Source: Cenarchaeum sp.
GTDB taxonomy: Archaea > Thermoproteota > Nitrososphaeria > Nitrososphaerales > Nitrosopumilaceae
Direction of reading: 5' to 3'
Assembly: GCA_963692915.1 (NCBI GenBank)
Contig: OY843584.1
Location: 224,001-288,000, forward strand
Length of the DNA: 64,000 nt
Position numbers and translations under genes: made by a program. The notes below the pieces were generated by a model. That model saw nothing but the letters and a program-made list of their open reading frames with translations. It was not told the DNA's origin and made no database searches. This document shows, in pieces, positions 19,396 to 28,233 of this stretch. Within the stretch, counting starts at the first letter, position 1. Each line of letters begins with the position of its first letter.

Positions 19396-19984
19396 AAAGG
19401 CCGCCCTGCGCACGACGCTTGGAGCGCGGCGCGATGCGCTCTCGCATGACATGGTCGCGCTCTGCGAGGAGCATGTCCGCCGGCGCCTTGTGCGCATCGG
19501 CGCATACAAGGAGTCGCGCACCATCGCATGCTATTGGTCAGCCGAGGGCGAGCTTCCCACGCGCAGGGTCGTCCTCGGCGCGCTCTCTGAGGGAAGGCGC
19601 GTGTGCCTTCCGCGCGTGCGCAACGGCGAGCTAGAGTTTGCCGCCGTGAGCGGCCCGGACGACCTCGTGCGCGGCGGCCTCGGGATGCGCGAGCCGGCTC
19701 CGCACTGTGAGCCATGCGGGACCGCCGACATTGCGATCGTGCCGGCCGTTGGCCTCACGCGAGAGGGCGTGCGTCTCGGACGCGGAGGCGGCCACTATGA
19801 CAGGTTTCTGGCGGGGTTTGCCGGCGTGTCAATAGCGCTGGCATTTTCAATCCAGGTCGTGCGCTCGCTGCCCGAGGATGCGCATGACATGAGCGTTGAC
19901 TGGGTGGTGACCGAGGACTCTGCGTTCGGGCCGCTAGGTGCGCGCAATGCCGGCGGCCCCAATGTCGCTGCGGCAGAACCTTGA
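19379..19984 (+). CDS. 5-formyltetrahydrofolate cyclo-ligase
   Basis: VPAVG...RLGRGGGHYDR, HD.SVDWVVTE. Confidence 0.92.
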   Translation: MSVEAKKAALRTTLGARRDALSHDMVALCEEHVRRRLVRIGAYKESRTIACYWSAEGELPTRRVVLGALSEGRRVCLPRVRNGELEFAAVSGPDDLVRGGLGMREPAPHCEPCGTADIAIVPAVGLTREGVRLGRGGGHYDRFLAGFAGVSIALAFSIQVVRSLPEDAHDMSVDWVVTEDSAFGPLGARNAGGPNVAAAEP

Positions 19985-21184
19985 TGCCCACGATATGGGC
20001 TCCGCGCGCGCGTACGCGGCACTCACGGCGCCCTCTAGCGTGTCGCCGAGGGCAGTGACGCCAAGAACCCTTCCGCCTGACGTGAGTATGCGCCCGCCCT
20101 CGCGCCTGGTGCCTGCGTGAAAGACGACTGTGGCCTCCGAGTCAGCGCCGATCCCCGTTATCTCCTCGCCGGTGGGATATTGGCCGGGATAGCCGCGCGA
20201 GGCGAGCACGACGCATGCGGCGTGGCGCGCACTCCAGCGCATGGGCTCCATCGACGCAAGCCTGCCGCGCGCGGCCGCATCAAGGTAGGCATAGAGGTCA
20301 AAGTCGGCCCGCGCCATTATTGCCTGGCACTCTGGATCCCCCATCCTTGCGTTGAACTCTAGAACGCTAATCCGGCCGTCCCCGCCGATCATGACGCCCG
20401 CATACATGAATCCGCAAAACGGCATCCTCTCCTCGCGCATTCCGGCCATCGCGCGCTCTATGACGCCAGATTGTATAGAGTCAGCAACACTGCCGTCCAC
20501 AAAGGGCGTCGGCGAGTACGCGCCCATGCCGCCCGTGTTCGGGCCGGTGTCAGCATCGCCTGCGCGCTTGTGGTCCTGGCTTGCGGCCATTGGCATCGCC
20601 GTCGTCCCGTCGCACAGCGCGATGAACGAGGCCTCGACGCCCTCGAGTCGCTCCTCGAGGACGACGCGCCTGACTCCTGCGCCCATCATGCGCACTATCT
20701 CGGTCTCGGTCTCTGCGGCACTCGAGCAGACGCTCACGCCCTTGCCGGCTGCAAGGCCGTCGGCCTTTACGACTAGTGGGCCGGCGCACTCCCTTGCATG
20801 GGCGACTGCGCCATCCACGTCATCAAATGACGCGTGGGATGGCGTGGGTATGCCGTGGCGCAGCATGAACTCCTTTGACCATGACTTGCTTGACTCTAGG
20901 CGCGTCGCCGCGCGCGTGGGCCCGACAATGCGCAGGCCGGCTGCGACAAACTCGTCGGCGATGCCGGCTGCCAGCGGGGCCTCCGGGCCCACGACTGTCA
21001 GGCATTCATTCTCGCGCGCAAAGTCGGCTAGCGCGCCAATGTCGCCGGCCTGTATGTCGACGCTGTTCCTCGTGCCGCCGTTGCCCGGCGCAACGTACAC
21101 GGTCCCTGCGCTCTTGCTCTTCGAGAGCCTCCACGCCAGCGCGTGCTCGCGACCGCCAGAGCCCACGACAAGGACATTGCCCAA
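19934..21184 (-). CDS. purD: Phosphoribosylamine--glycine ligase (TTG start)
   Basis: VLVVGSGGREHAL, VKADGLAAGKGV, QDHKR, GPNTGGMGAY; TATA-like box at about 21207-21217. Confidence 0.95.
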   Translation of the reverse strand: MGNVLVVGSGGREHALAWRLSKSKSAGTVYVAPGNGGTRNSVDIQAGDIGALADFARENECLTVVGPEAPLAAGIADEFVAAGLRIVGPTRAATRLESSKSWSKEFMLRHGIPTPSHASFDDVDGAVAHARECAGPLVVKADGLAAGKGVSVCSSAAETETEIVRMMGAGVRRVVLEERLEGVEASFIALCDGTTAMPMAASQDHKRAGDADTGPNTGGMGAYSPTPFVDGSVADSIQSGVIERAMAGMREERMPFCGFMYAGVMIGGDGRISVLEFNARMGDPECQAIMARADFDLYAYLDAAARGRLASMEPMRWSARHAACVVLASRGYPGQYPTGEEITGIGADSEATVVFHAGTRREGGRILTSGGRVLGVTALGDTLEGAVSAAYARAEPISWASRFCRSDIGAAGIART

Positions 21185-21381
21185 CGTTGCGGTGCTGCCG
21201 CGCGCGTCAATATATTCCAAGTAGTGGAGGGGTGCTGTGGGGCACGCATGTCCGTGCGCACCTGCCCAAAATGCCCGCACGTGGCCATTCACGCCCATGC
21301 TGCCAGGCACAAGCTAAATTCCATAAACGCGCCGTGAAGTTTTTTCTGACCGTGGGTGAAAAATCCACCCCATGTGAGCGC

Positions 21382-21543
21382 ATGGCGATGGATTCACAAA
21401 AGGCCGCCGCTGTGGCCCCTGGCCAGTCGTTCCACTCAGAGTGCATGGAGTACCTTGAGCACCTGCGCAGGACGGGCAGGGAGGACTATGCGTTTGAGGA
21501 CGAGTACTATTTCACGATGCCAGCAGTGTCCGGCTCGCCCTAG
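21382..21543 (+). CDS. Small hypothetical protein (53 aa)
   Basis: MAMDSQK...EYLEHLRRTGREDYAFEDEYYFTMP; host-like codon use. Confidence 0.6.
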   Translation: MAMDSQKAAAVAPGQSFHSECMEYLEHLRRTGREDYAFEDEYYFTMPAVSGSP

Positions 21544-21613
21544 GCGTTCTGCCTTTTGGCACTGTTGTGTGTGTCTAGTCTATCCTGTTTTTGGTCATCC
21601 TTATGACCGTCTC

Positions 21614-21913
21614 TCAACCCTTCTCCTTCTCGTCATCGAAAGGATCGTGCTTTTTCTTTCTTGTCCAATACATCGGCTCGGTGATATCCCAGTCCCTGAT
21701 CATCCTGGTGGCCCACTCGGCCTCCGTCTCCTTTCCGTTCTCGTCTGGCATGACCATCCTTGTGGGCATCTCTCGATCCTCCTTCTTCCTCGCATCCACG
21801 AAAGGATCGTGCTTTTTCTTTCTTGTCCAATACATCGGCTCGGTGATATCCCAGTCCCTGATCATCCTGGTGGCCCACTCGGCCTCCGTCTCCTTTCCTT
21901 CCTCGTCTGGCAT
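21614..21913 (-). CDS. Orphan 99-aa protein made of two near-identical peptide units
   Basis: TTTTTAAAAA box at 21935-21944, about 26 nt before ATG 21913; unit MPDE.GKETEAEWATRMIRDWDITEPMYWTRKKKHDPF x2. Confidence 0.5.
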   Translation of the reverse strand: MPDEEGKETEAEWATRMIRDWDITEPMYWTRKKKHDPFVDARKKEDREMPTRMVMPDENGKETEAEWATRMIRDWDITEPMYWTRKKKHDPFDDEKEKG

Positions 21914-21917
21914 GACC
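21637..21917. repeat. Direct repeat of about 119 bp x2 (21637-21755, 21799-21917; period 162)
   Basis: Copies differ only around ccgttctc versus ccttcctc. Confidence 0.92.
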
Positions 21918-22156
21918 CATATTACACGATGGTCTTTTTAAAAATTATGCGTATTTTGAGGCCTAGAGCCCGGTGACGGGACAGGCCGGCGCGCCCCGTT
22001 CACCATATTGCCCCGCTCGTCCGGTTCAGGCCCACGCGGGGCGATCACGCGCGCCAAGCCCTGATGTGAGGTGGCGCTGAGCTTTTGCCCCGTCAGTTGC
22101 CCCGTGGCCGACTTGTCGCCGCCATTGAGTTATAACGACCCAAAGCGTGCCGTCCC

Positions 22157-23986
22157 ATGATGCTCAAGGTTGTAGCCGACGCAGGCGCCATGGCAAGTGG
22201 GGAGCTTGGACGGATGCTCGAGTCCGGCGAGCTGCGGGGCTCGGGCATCGTCGTTCCGGCCGCAGTGATCGACGAGCTCCACGCGATGGCGACCTCGGGG
22301 GACTCACGCGGCACGCGGGGACTAGACGAGATTGCGCAACTCCAGCGCAACGCCGCCGATGCCGGAACGTCGATCAGGGTAGTCGGGGAGGGCGCCCCGT
22401 TCACCGACAATGCGTCATCTGACAGGGCAGCAGTTGCGGCAACGGTGCGCAAGATCGCCCTCGAGTCTGGCGCGACCCTGTGCACGACGAGCCGCGCGCA
22501 CGAGCTTGCGGCGGCGGCGGCCGGAATTGCAGTCAAGAGGTGCAGGGTTCAGGGCCAGGGCGAGCGCCCGTGGTTTCTGCGGTACTTTGATGAGACGACG
22601 ATGAGCGTTCACATAAAGGAGGGCCTGCCGCCAATGGCAAAGCGCGGAAAGCCGGGCAGCGTGTCACTCGTCGAGGTGGGCACGGAGACGCTCTCACAGG
22701 ACGACATGAGGCGCGCGCTCTCGCTAGTCGAGGGCATTGCCGGCTCGACGGGTGCGGACATTTCGCTGCCCGGCGCGCTAGTCGTGCAGCACGAGACGTA
22801 CCGCATAGCCGCGACGTTTCCGCCATTTTCCGAGGCCGCCGAGATTACGATCGTGCACCCCACAGTCACGCTCTCGCTGGCCGACTATGAGATGCCTGAC
22901 GGGTTTCGGGAGCGCCTCGCCTCTGGCGCGTCTGGCATACTGATATCAGGATCGCCGGGCTCGGGCAAGTCGACACTCGCCTCGGCACTCGCAAACCACT
23001 ATGCGGCCTCGGGCAAGACGGTAAAGACGTTCGAGTCCCCGCGCGACTTGCAGGTGGGAAATGCCATCACGCAATACTCGCGCCTTGATGGCGACTTTGC
23101 AAACTCGGCAGACCTCCTGCTCCTAGTGAGGCCAGACTATACGATATTCGACGAGGTCAGGAGGCGCGAGGACTTTGAGGTCTTTGCCGACCTGCGCCTC
23201 GCCGGAGTCGGCATGGTCGGCGTGGTCCACGCGAGCTCGCCCATAGACGCCGTGCAGAGGTTTATCGGCAAGATAGAGCTCGGCATAATCCCGCACGTTC
23301 TTGACACCGTCGCCTTCGTCGAGGCCGGCCGCGTGGGCAGCGTCTACTCGCTGAGCATGCGCGTAAAGGTTCCCTCGGGCATGTCCGAGCAGGATCTCGC
23401 AAGGCCCGTCATCGAGATCCACGACTTTTCGACTGGCGAGCTTGCGTATGAGGTCTATGCGTTTGGCGAGGAGAACATGATCGTGCCCGTTACTGGTGGC
23501 GCCGAGCCGTCCGGAGTCGACCACCTGGCGTGCGAGCGCGTTCGTGATGTCATGCGCAGGTTTGACCACGACCCGCAAGTCGAGATAGTCTCGCCGGGCA
23601 GCGTGCGCGTTGCAGTCTCAAAGGAGAACATTGCGCCAATCATCGGGCGCTCAGGCTCGAACATTGGCGCCCTGGAGCGCGAGCTCCACGTGCACATTGA
23701 CGTTGTAGAGTCGACTGGCGCACGCCATGCAAGGGGTGGGCGGGGCGGCCATGGGGCCACTGACGTCGATTTTGACATCCACGAGTCAAAGGCGTTTCTA
23801 GTCCTGGAGGTCGATCGCAGCCACGCCGGTTCGCACGCTGACATCTATGTGGGCGACGATATTGCCGCGACGTCTCGCGTGGACCACAGGGGCCGAATCC
23901 GCCTGCCGCGACACTCCGGCGGGGGACGCGACGTCGCGCGCGGCTTTTCAGAGGGGCGCGTGCGCGTGGACCTCAAGAGTCCATAA
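22157..23986 (+). CDS. PIN-domain ATPase with KH domain (PINA/ATPase family)
   Basis: N-terminal PIN-like region, GSPGSGKST, TFESPRDL, DEVRR, KH motif IIGRSG. Confidence 0.9.
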   Translation: MMLKVVADAGAMASGELGRMLESGELRGSGIVVPAAVIDELHAMATSGDSRGTRGLDEIAQLQRNAADAGTSIRVVGEGAPFTDNASSDRAAVAATVRKIALESGATLCTTSRAHELAAAAAGIAVKRCRVQGQGERPWFLRYFDETTMSVHIKEGLPPMAKRGKPGSVSLVEVGTETLSQDDMRRALSLVEGIAGSTGADISLPGALVVQHETYRIAATFPPFSEAAEITIVHPTVTLSLADYEMPDGFRERLASGASGILISGSPGSGKSTLASALANHYAASGKTVKTFESPRDLQVGNAITQYSRLDGDFANSADLLLLVRPDYTIFDEVRRREDFEVFADLRLAGVGMVGVVHASSPIDAVQRFIGKIELGIIPHVLDTVAFVEAGRVGSVYSLSMRVKVPSGMSEQDLARPVIEIHDFSTGELAYEVYAFGEENMIVPVTGGAEPSGVDHLACERVRDVMRRFDHDPQVEIVSPGSVRVAVSKENIAPIIGRSGSNIGALERELHVHIDVVESTGARHARGGRGGHGATDVDFDIHESKAFLVLEVDRSHAGSHADIYVGDDIAATSRVDHRGRIRLPRHSGGGRDVARGFSEGRVRVDLKSP

Positions 23987-24437
23987 ACTCCTCGATGACC
24001 CTCGGGTTGGAGTGGAGGTATGTGACGAACTTGCGCAACTGCCTCGTCGTCTTTGGGTTTAGGTGGTGCTCGACGCCCTCGGCGTCGATGTTTGCCGTGT
24101 CGCGGTCTATGCCGAGCATCTCAAAGAACTCGACGAGCGTGCCGTGCTTTTGGCGTATGGCCTCGGCGAGCTCGCGACCCCGCGGCGTGAGGTCTATGCC
24201 GCGGTACTTTTCGTGGCGGAGGAGCCCGTTGTCATCAAGGCGCTGTATCATGCTAGTCGCGCTCGGCGCGCTCACGTTCATGTAGCGCGATACGTCGATC
24301 GTAGTCGCATACCCCTTGAACTCTACGAGCTCTAGTATGACCTCAAGATAGTCCTCCATCCGCTCCGTCGTGCGTGGCCGCTTGCCCTTGTGGGCCGACC
24401 TGATGGACTCGAGCCTCCTGCTGCGATCCCTGGCCAT
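23973..24437 (-). CDS. DtxR/MntR-family metal-dependent transcriptional regulator
   Basis: MEDYLEVI, VSAPSAT.M, LT..G, AEGVEHHL. Confidence 0.92.
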   Translation of the reverse strand: MARDRSRRLESIRSAHKGKRPRTTERMEDYLEVILELVEFKGYATTIDVSRYMNVSAPSATSMIQRLDDNGLLRHEKYRGIDLTPRGRELAEAIRQKHGTLVEFFEMLGIDRDTANIDAEGVEHHLNPKTTRQLRKFVTYLHSNPRVIEEFMDS

Positions 24438-24607
24438 GGTAGCCCGGCTGGCTCGCTGTAATTTAGCGTTTGTGGGGGATCCGGCAGAGCTGCGCGACAC
24501 GTCCGTGATGGGGTGGGCCTAAAGATGCGTCCCCCTGCGCATGTCACCAATTTTTGACCCATGTGTAATGCCATCCGATCATCCCGCCTTAATTATGCGG
24601 GGCATGA

Positions 24608-24967
24608 ATGGTGTATACAGTGCAGGATGATCCCCTAAAGGCAAGGCTAGAGCGCATTCGCGCATGTGCCTCGTCGGCACGGAGGCGCGCCGGACTCTAT
24701 GCCGAGGTCGCCGGTATGGGTGATAGCGGCACAGCCGAGTCCCTCGGAGCGCTCCAGAGGGCACCGGCTCCGGGCAAAAAGCTCCAAAAGGCCGGATTCA
24801 TCATGCTCTGGATACCCGAGCCAACCGGAGTCACGCTGGCTGTGGGCGCGCCCATGATCCTAGCAGGCCGCTACCTGGATACAAAGTACAACGGCTCGAC
24901 TATATCGGACATCGGCCATGGCGTAAAGTCAGTCTCGAGCACCCTGTCCGATATCGGCACGCTCTAG
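24608..24967 (+). CDS. Hypothetical membrane-associated protein
   Basis: GFIMLWIPEPTGVTLAVGAPMILAG hydrophobic hairpin; TTAATTAT upstream. Confidence 0.7.
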   Translation: MVYTVQDDPLKARLERIRACASSARRRAGLYAEVAGMGDSGTAESLGALQRAPAPGKKLQKAGFIMLWIPEPTGVTLAVGAPMILAGRYLDTKYNGSTISDIGHGVKSVSSTLSDIGTL

Positions 24968-25022
24968 GCGCGCCTGCCGGGTCTCTAATGGTTTAAAGCA
25001 GACACTCTGGCCGGCCGTGCGC

Positions 25023-25514
25023 ATGGCGAGCAGGGCGCAGGTTCTCATACCGGTTACGATTGCCGCCGTGATAATAGGCATGGCCGGCATACTCACCATA
25101 CCGGCAGACCACAAGCTAGAGTCCACCGAGTTTCCGCGCGGGACTGTTCGCATCGACGGGAATCTCTTTGGCGTCCAGGTCGCCGACACGCCCCCGCTCC
25201 GCACGCGCGGCCTAATGTTCCAGGATCCGCTGCCGCTCGACGAGGGGATGATCTTCATATTTGAGACGCCGGCTCGCCACTCGCTCTGGATGATGAACAT
25301 GCAGTTTGGCATTGACATGATGTGGTTTGATGCTGACGGCGTCCTCGTCCACGTCGAGCTCGACGTGCCCCCGTGCCAGAGCGCCCTAGAGGCCGCAACG
25401 TGCACCTCGTTGGCCCCGCCAGTCGACACTGTCTATATCCTCGAGGCCACCGCCGGCTTTGCCGAGGCGCACGGCATCGGCGTCGGCTCTGTCCTCGAGA
25501 TCGTTTCAGTCTAG
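25023..25514 (+). CDS. DUF192 family protein
   Basis: VADT...RGLMF, GMIFIF, WMMNMQFGIDM, YILE; N-terminal TM/signal. Confidence 0.9.
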   Translation: MASRAQVLIPVTIAAVIIGMAGILTIPADHKLESTEFPRGTVRIDGNLFGVQVADTPPLRTRGLMFQDPLPLDEGMIFIFETPARHSLWMMNMQFGIDMMWFDADGVLVHVELDVPPCQSALEAATCTSLAPPVDTVYILEATAGFAEAHGIGVGSVLEIVSV

Positions 25515-25747
25515 GGCTCTGGCGCGCCGAACTTGTGGGTGCGCCATTGGGCGTGACTGGGTCAATACAGTTGAAATTATCACATATTATGTTATCATTT
25601 TCTATATTATTTACATTAAATTGGCTCAAATACTGTATTGGTCAGTTCGCAAGCTCTAAATTCTTGTAAATACCTATTCGTGAAAACCTGCCGGCAGCAA
25701 AATATATTGATCTATCCTTATATACTTTCAATTCCTATAGGAAACTA

Positions 25748-25987
25748 ATGACGTGCAAAGGAATCTGTGTGAGGTACAAGGCGCAAAAGCCAGTCGGTAG
25801 CGGACGCTACGCGACGGGGCAGCGCAGGTGCCAGATATGCGAGATCTTCATAAAGTGGGCCGGACTCTGGTGCCCCTGCTGCGGCTATCGGCTTCGCACA
25901 AAGCCGCGAAACCTAAAGTACAAGGCAAAGCTGCGAGCGCGCGTCCAGGCCGACTCGGGTGCTGACGCAGTCGAGGTAAAGGCATAG
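25748..25987 (+). CDS. Small Cys-rich zinc-ribbon protein
   Basis: CKGIC...RCQIC...CPCCGYRLRTKPR; CTTATATA box about 25 nt upstream. Confidence 0.85.
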   Translation: MTCKGICVRYKAQKPVGSGRYATGQRRCQICEIFIKWAGLWCPCCGYRLRTKPRNLKYKAKLRARVQADSGADAVEVKA

Positions 25988-26004
25988 GCGCGTGATGCTG
26001 CGCG

Positions 26005-26340
26005 TTGAACGCGGGGCAGCCATATGCAGAGTCCACAGTAGAGGCCGCAGGCCGCAAGTTTTCCATCCGCGTGCTCACTTTTGAGAATGGCGCGTTCGTC
26101 TCCGTTCACGAGGGCAGCACGCCTCGCATAGGCCCGATGACAGTCTCGATGCACGTCTCGCAGGTTCCGGTGACGACGCCGGTCATACCGGCGAAGACAG
26201 AGTCGCTCTTTCTAAAGATGGTCTCCGAGATGGTCGCAAGCCGCACGCGCGGAATTGCGGCAGTCACCGTCTCGACCGGCCAGGGCATATCGGCCGAGGC
26301 AACGCGCGCGATAATGCAGGGTATCATGGAGATGGTCTGA
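26005..26340 (+). CDS. Hypothetical protein (proteasome assembly chaperone 4-like)
   Basis: FENGAFVSVHEG...IG.M.VS pattern; coupled to the downstream gene. Confidence 0.6.
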   Translation: MNAGQPYAESTVEAAGRKFSIRVLTFENGAFVSVHEGSTPRIGPMTVSMHVSQVPVTTPVIPAKTESLFLKMVSEMVASRTRGIAAVTVSTGQGISAEATRAIMQGIMEMV

Positions 26341-27650
26341 TGCAGGACCTGCGAACGTACATCGCCGATGTTCGCCGTGCCCGCTCGCTAAAGAGGTTCA
26401 CAAAGCCAGTCTCGGCGCGCCACGAGATCGCCGCCGAGACTGCGCGCCTCGAGGGCTCGGACGCTGCGCTCTTTGAGAGCGTCCGTGGGAGCCGCCTGCG
26501 CGTCGTCTCAAACCTCGTCGGGACGCGCGCGCGCTTTGCCATGGCCATAGGCGCGCGCGAGCCGGCGATCCACCGCAGGATATTCTCAGTCTCGGGGCGC
26601 ACGCGCGCGCCGCGCGAGTCGCCGCGCGCCCCGCCGTTTGCCAAAAACTCGACGCGCACGCTCGCAGCCCTGCCCGTTGTGACGCACTTTGCCAAGGAGC
26701 CAGGCGCCTTTATGACGGCGTCTGTCGTCCATGCCGAGAACCCCGAGACGCGCGCGCAGAACATGTCGTTTCACCGGATCATGCCCTTTTCTGCCCGCCG
26801 CGCCTCGATCCGCATGGTCGAGGGCCGCCATCTCCACCGCTGCTTTGTGGACGCAAAGGATCACGGCGAGGACCTGCGCGTCTCGGTGAGCATAGGCGTC
26901 CATCCGGCGGTCCTCGTCGCCGGCGCATACCAGGCAGAATGGGGCAGCGCCGAGCTTGCGATGGCCAATGCCATGATGGGCGGAGGCCTCGAGGTGTCAC
27001 GATGCGCATACTCGCGCATGATGGTCCCGTCACACTCTGAGATTGTGATTGACGGGCGCATACTGCAGGATGTCACGCGCGAGGAGTGGATGGTCGAGAT
27101 GCTGCGCACGTATGACCACAAGAGGCGCCAGCCGGTGCTGGAGGTTGACCGGATATACCATCGCGATGGCGCAATATTCCACGACATACTGTCCGGATTC
27201 GGCGAGCACAGACTGCTCATGGGAATGCCTGCAGAGTCAAAGATTGACGGACATCTCCGCAAGGCATTCCCGTCAACGGTTCGCGCAGTGTCGCTGACTG
27301 GCGGGGGATGCAACTGGCTTCATGCCGCCGTCGCGATCAAAAAGACGCACGCGACGCGCGTGCGCAGGATAATCGACGCGACATTTGGCGCGCACAGGTC
27401 ATTAAAGCAGGTGACAGTCGTTGATGATGACATTGATGTCAACTCGGCCGAGTCGATCGAGTACGCTATGGCGACAAGGTTCCAGGCCGACAAGGGACTG
27501 CACGTGACGCGCAACGTTCGCGGATCGAGCCTCGATCCGTCAAGCGACCAAAAGAGGCTTCGAACATCAAAGCTCGGCATTGACGCCACGCGCCCGCTCT
27601 CAAAGAGGCCAGAGGGCTTTGAGATCGCAAAGATTCCCGGCTATGGCTAG
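26340..27650 (+). CDS. UbiD-family (prFMN) decarboxylase
   Basis: NMSFHRI, EIVIDG, KQVTVVDDDID, MATRFQAD, GSSLDPS, KLGIDAT. Confidence 0.92.
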   Translation: MQDLRTYIADVRRARSLKRFTKPVSARHEIAAETARLEGSDAALFESVRGSRLRVVSNLVGTRARFAMAIGAREPAIHRRIFSVSGRTRAPRESPRAPPFAKNSTRTLAALPVVTHFAKEPGAFMTASVVHAENPETRAQNMSFHRIMPFSARRASIRMVEGRHLHRCFVDAKDHGEDLRVSVSIGVHPAVLVAGAYQAEWGSAELAMANAMMGGGLEVSRCAYSRMMVPSHSEIVIDGRILQDVTREEWMVEMLRTYDHKRRQPVLEVDRIYHRDGAIFHDILSGFGEHRLLMGMPAESKIDGHLRKAFPSTVRAVSLTGGGCNWLHAAVAIKKTHATRVRRIIDATFGAHRSLKQVTVVDDDIDVNSAESIEYAMATRFQADKGLHVTRNVRGSSLDPSSDQKRLRTSKLGIDATRPLSKRPEGFEIAKIPGYG

Positions 27651-27754
27651 TCGAGTCCGGTCTTTTTTCTATAGCACTTTGTGCAGAGGCGCCCTGCGCA
27701 GATTATCTCCCCCCCGGACAGGTCTGTCCCGCACGCCGAGCACTCTATCTTCAT
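27647..27754 (-). CDS. 35-aa zinc-finger microprotein
   Basis: MKIECSACG...RLCTKCYRKKTGLD; ATGA overlap with upstream DUF3892 stop. Confidence 0.7.
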   Translation of the reverse strand: MKIECSACGTDLSGGEIICAGRLCTKCYRKKTGLD

Positions 27755-28056
27755 TTCAGCTCTGGGAGCATGCTGAGCAGGTCGTACTCTACCTTGTTTG
27801 CGTCGGTTCGTATGGCCGTGCCCGAGCCGACCCTGTGGAACCTTATCGTGTCGCCTAGCCTCCACTTGGAGTTTGCGTCAAAGACTGTGGAATAGCGCAC
27901 GCCCTTTTTGATATTGGATGCCAGCGTGCTGCGGTCGATTATCGTGCCCTCGCCGAGCTCCCCGCCGGTGTCCTCGTGCTGCATGACGCGCTCGATCTTG
28001 CGGCCTGCGCCGTACTCTACTGCCGAGACGAGATAGTCGGCCCACTTTTCGCCCAT
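27751..28056 (-). CDS. DUF3892 domain protein
   Basis: WADYLVSAVEY...IRTDANKVEYDLLSMLPE; TTTATAT upstream. Confidence 0.8.
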   Translation of the reverse strand: MGEKWADYLVSAVEYGAGRKIERVMQHEDTGGELGEGTIIDRSTLASNIKKGVRYSTVFDANSKWRLGDTIRFHRVGSGTAIRTDANKVEYDLLSMLPELK

Positions 28057-28233
28057 CAGGGCCGCCTCGCCGGACGGCAGAATATAAACCAAAAAATGGC
28101 CTGTGGCGGGTCTGCCCCGCGCGCGCTAGGCGTGGATCAGGGGACAGACGGGCATATGGTAAGCTGCCTTTTAGCTTGATATGCCACAAGTTTACACACT
28201 CTTTATAATTACCAAAACGCCGAATGCGATGCG

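Noticed and set aside
21637-21917. CRISPR array
   Set aside because: Only two units of about 119 bp, far longer than CRISPR repeats, and no cas genes.
25570-25597. dif-like site (TTATGTTA half-site)
   Set aside because: The left arm does not form the required inverted repeat (no ATAA before a 6-bp spacer).
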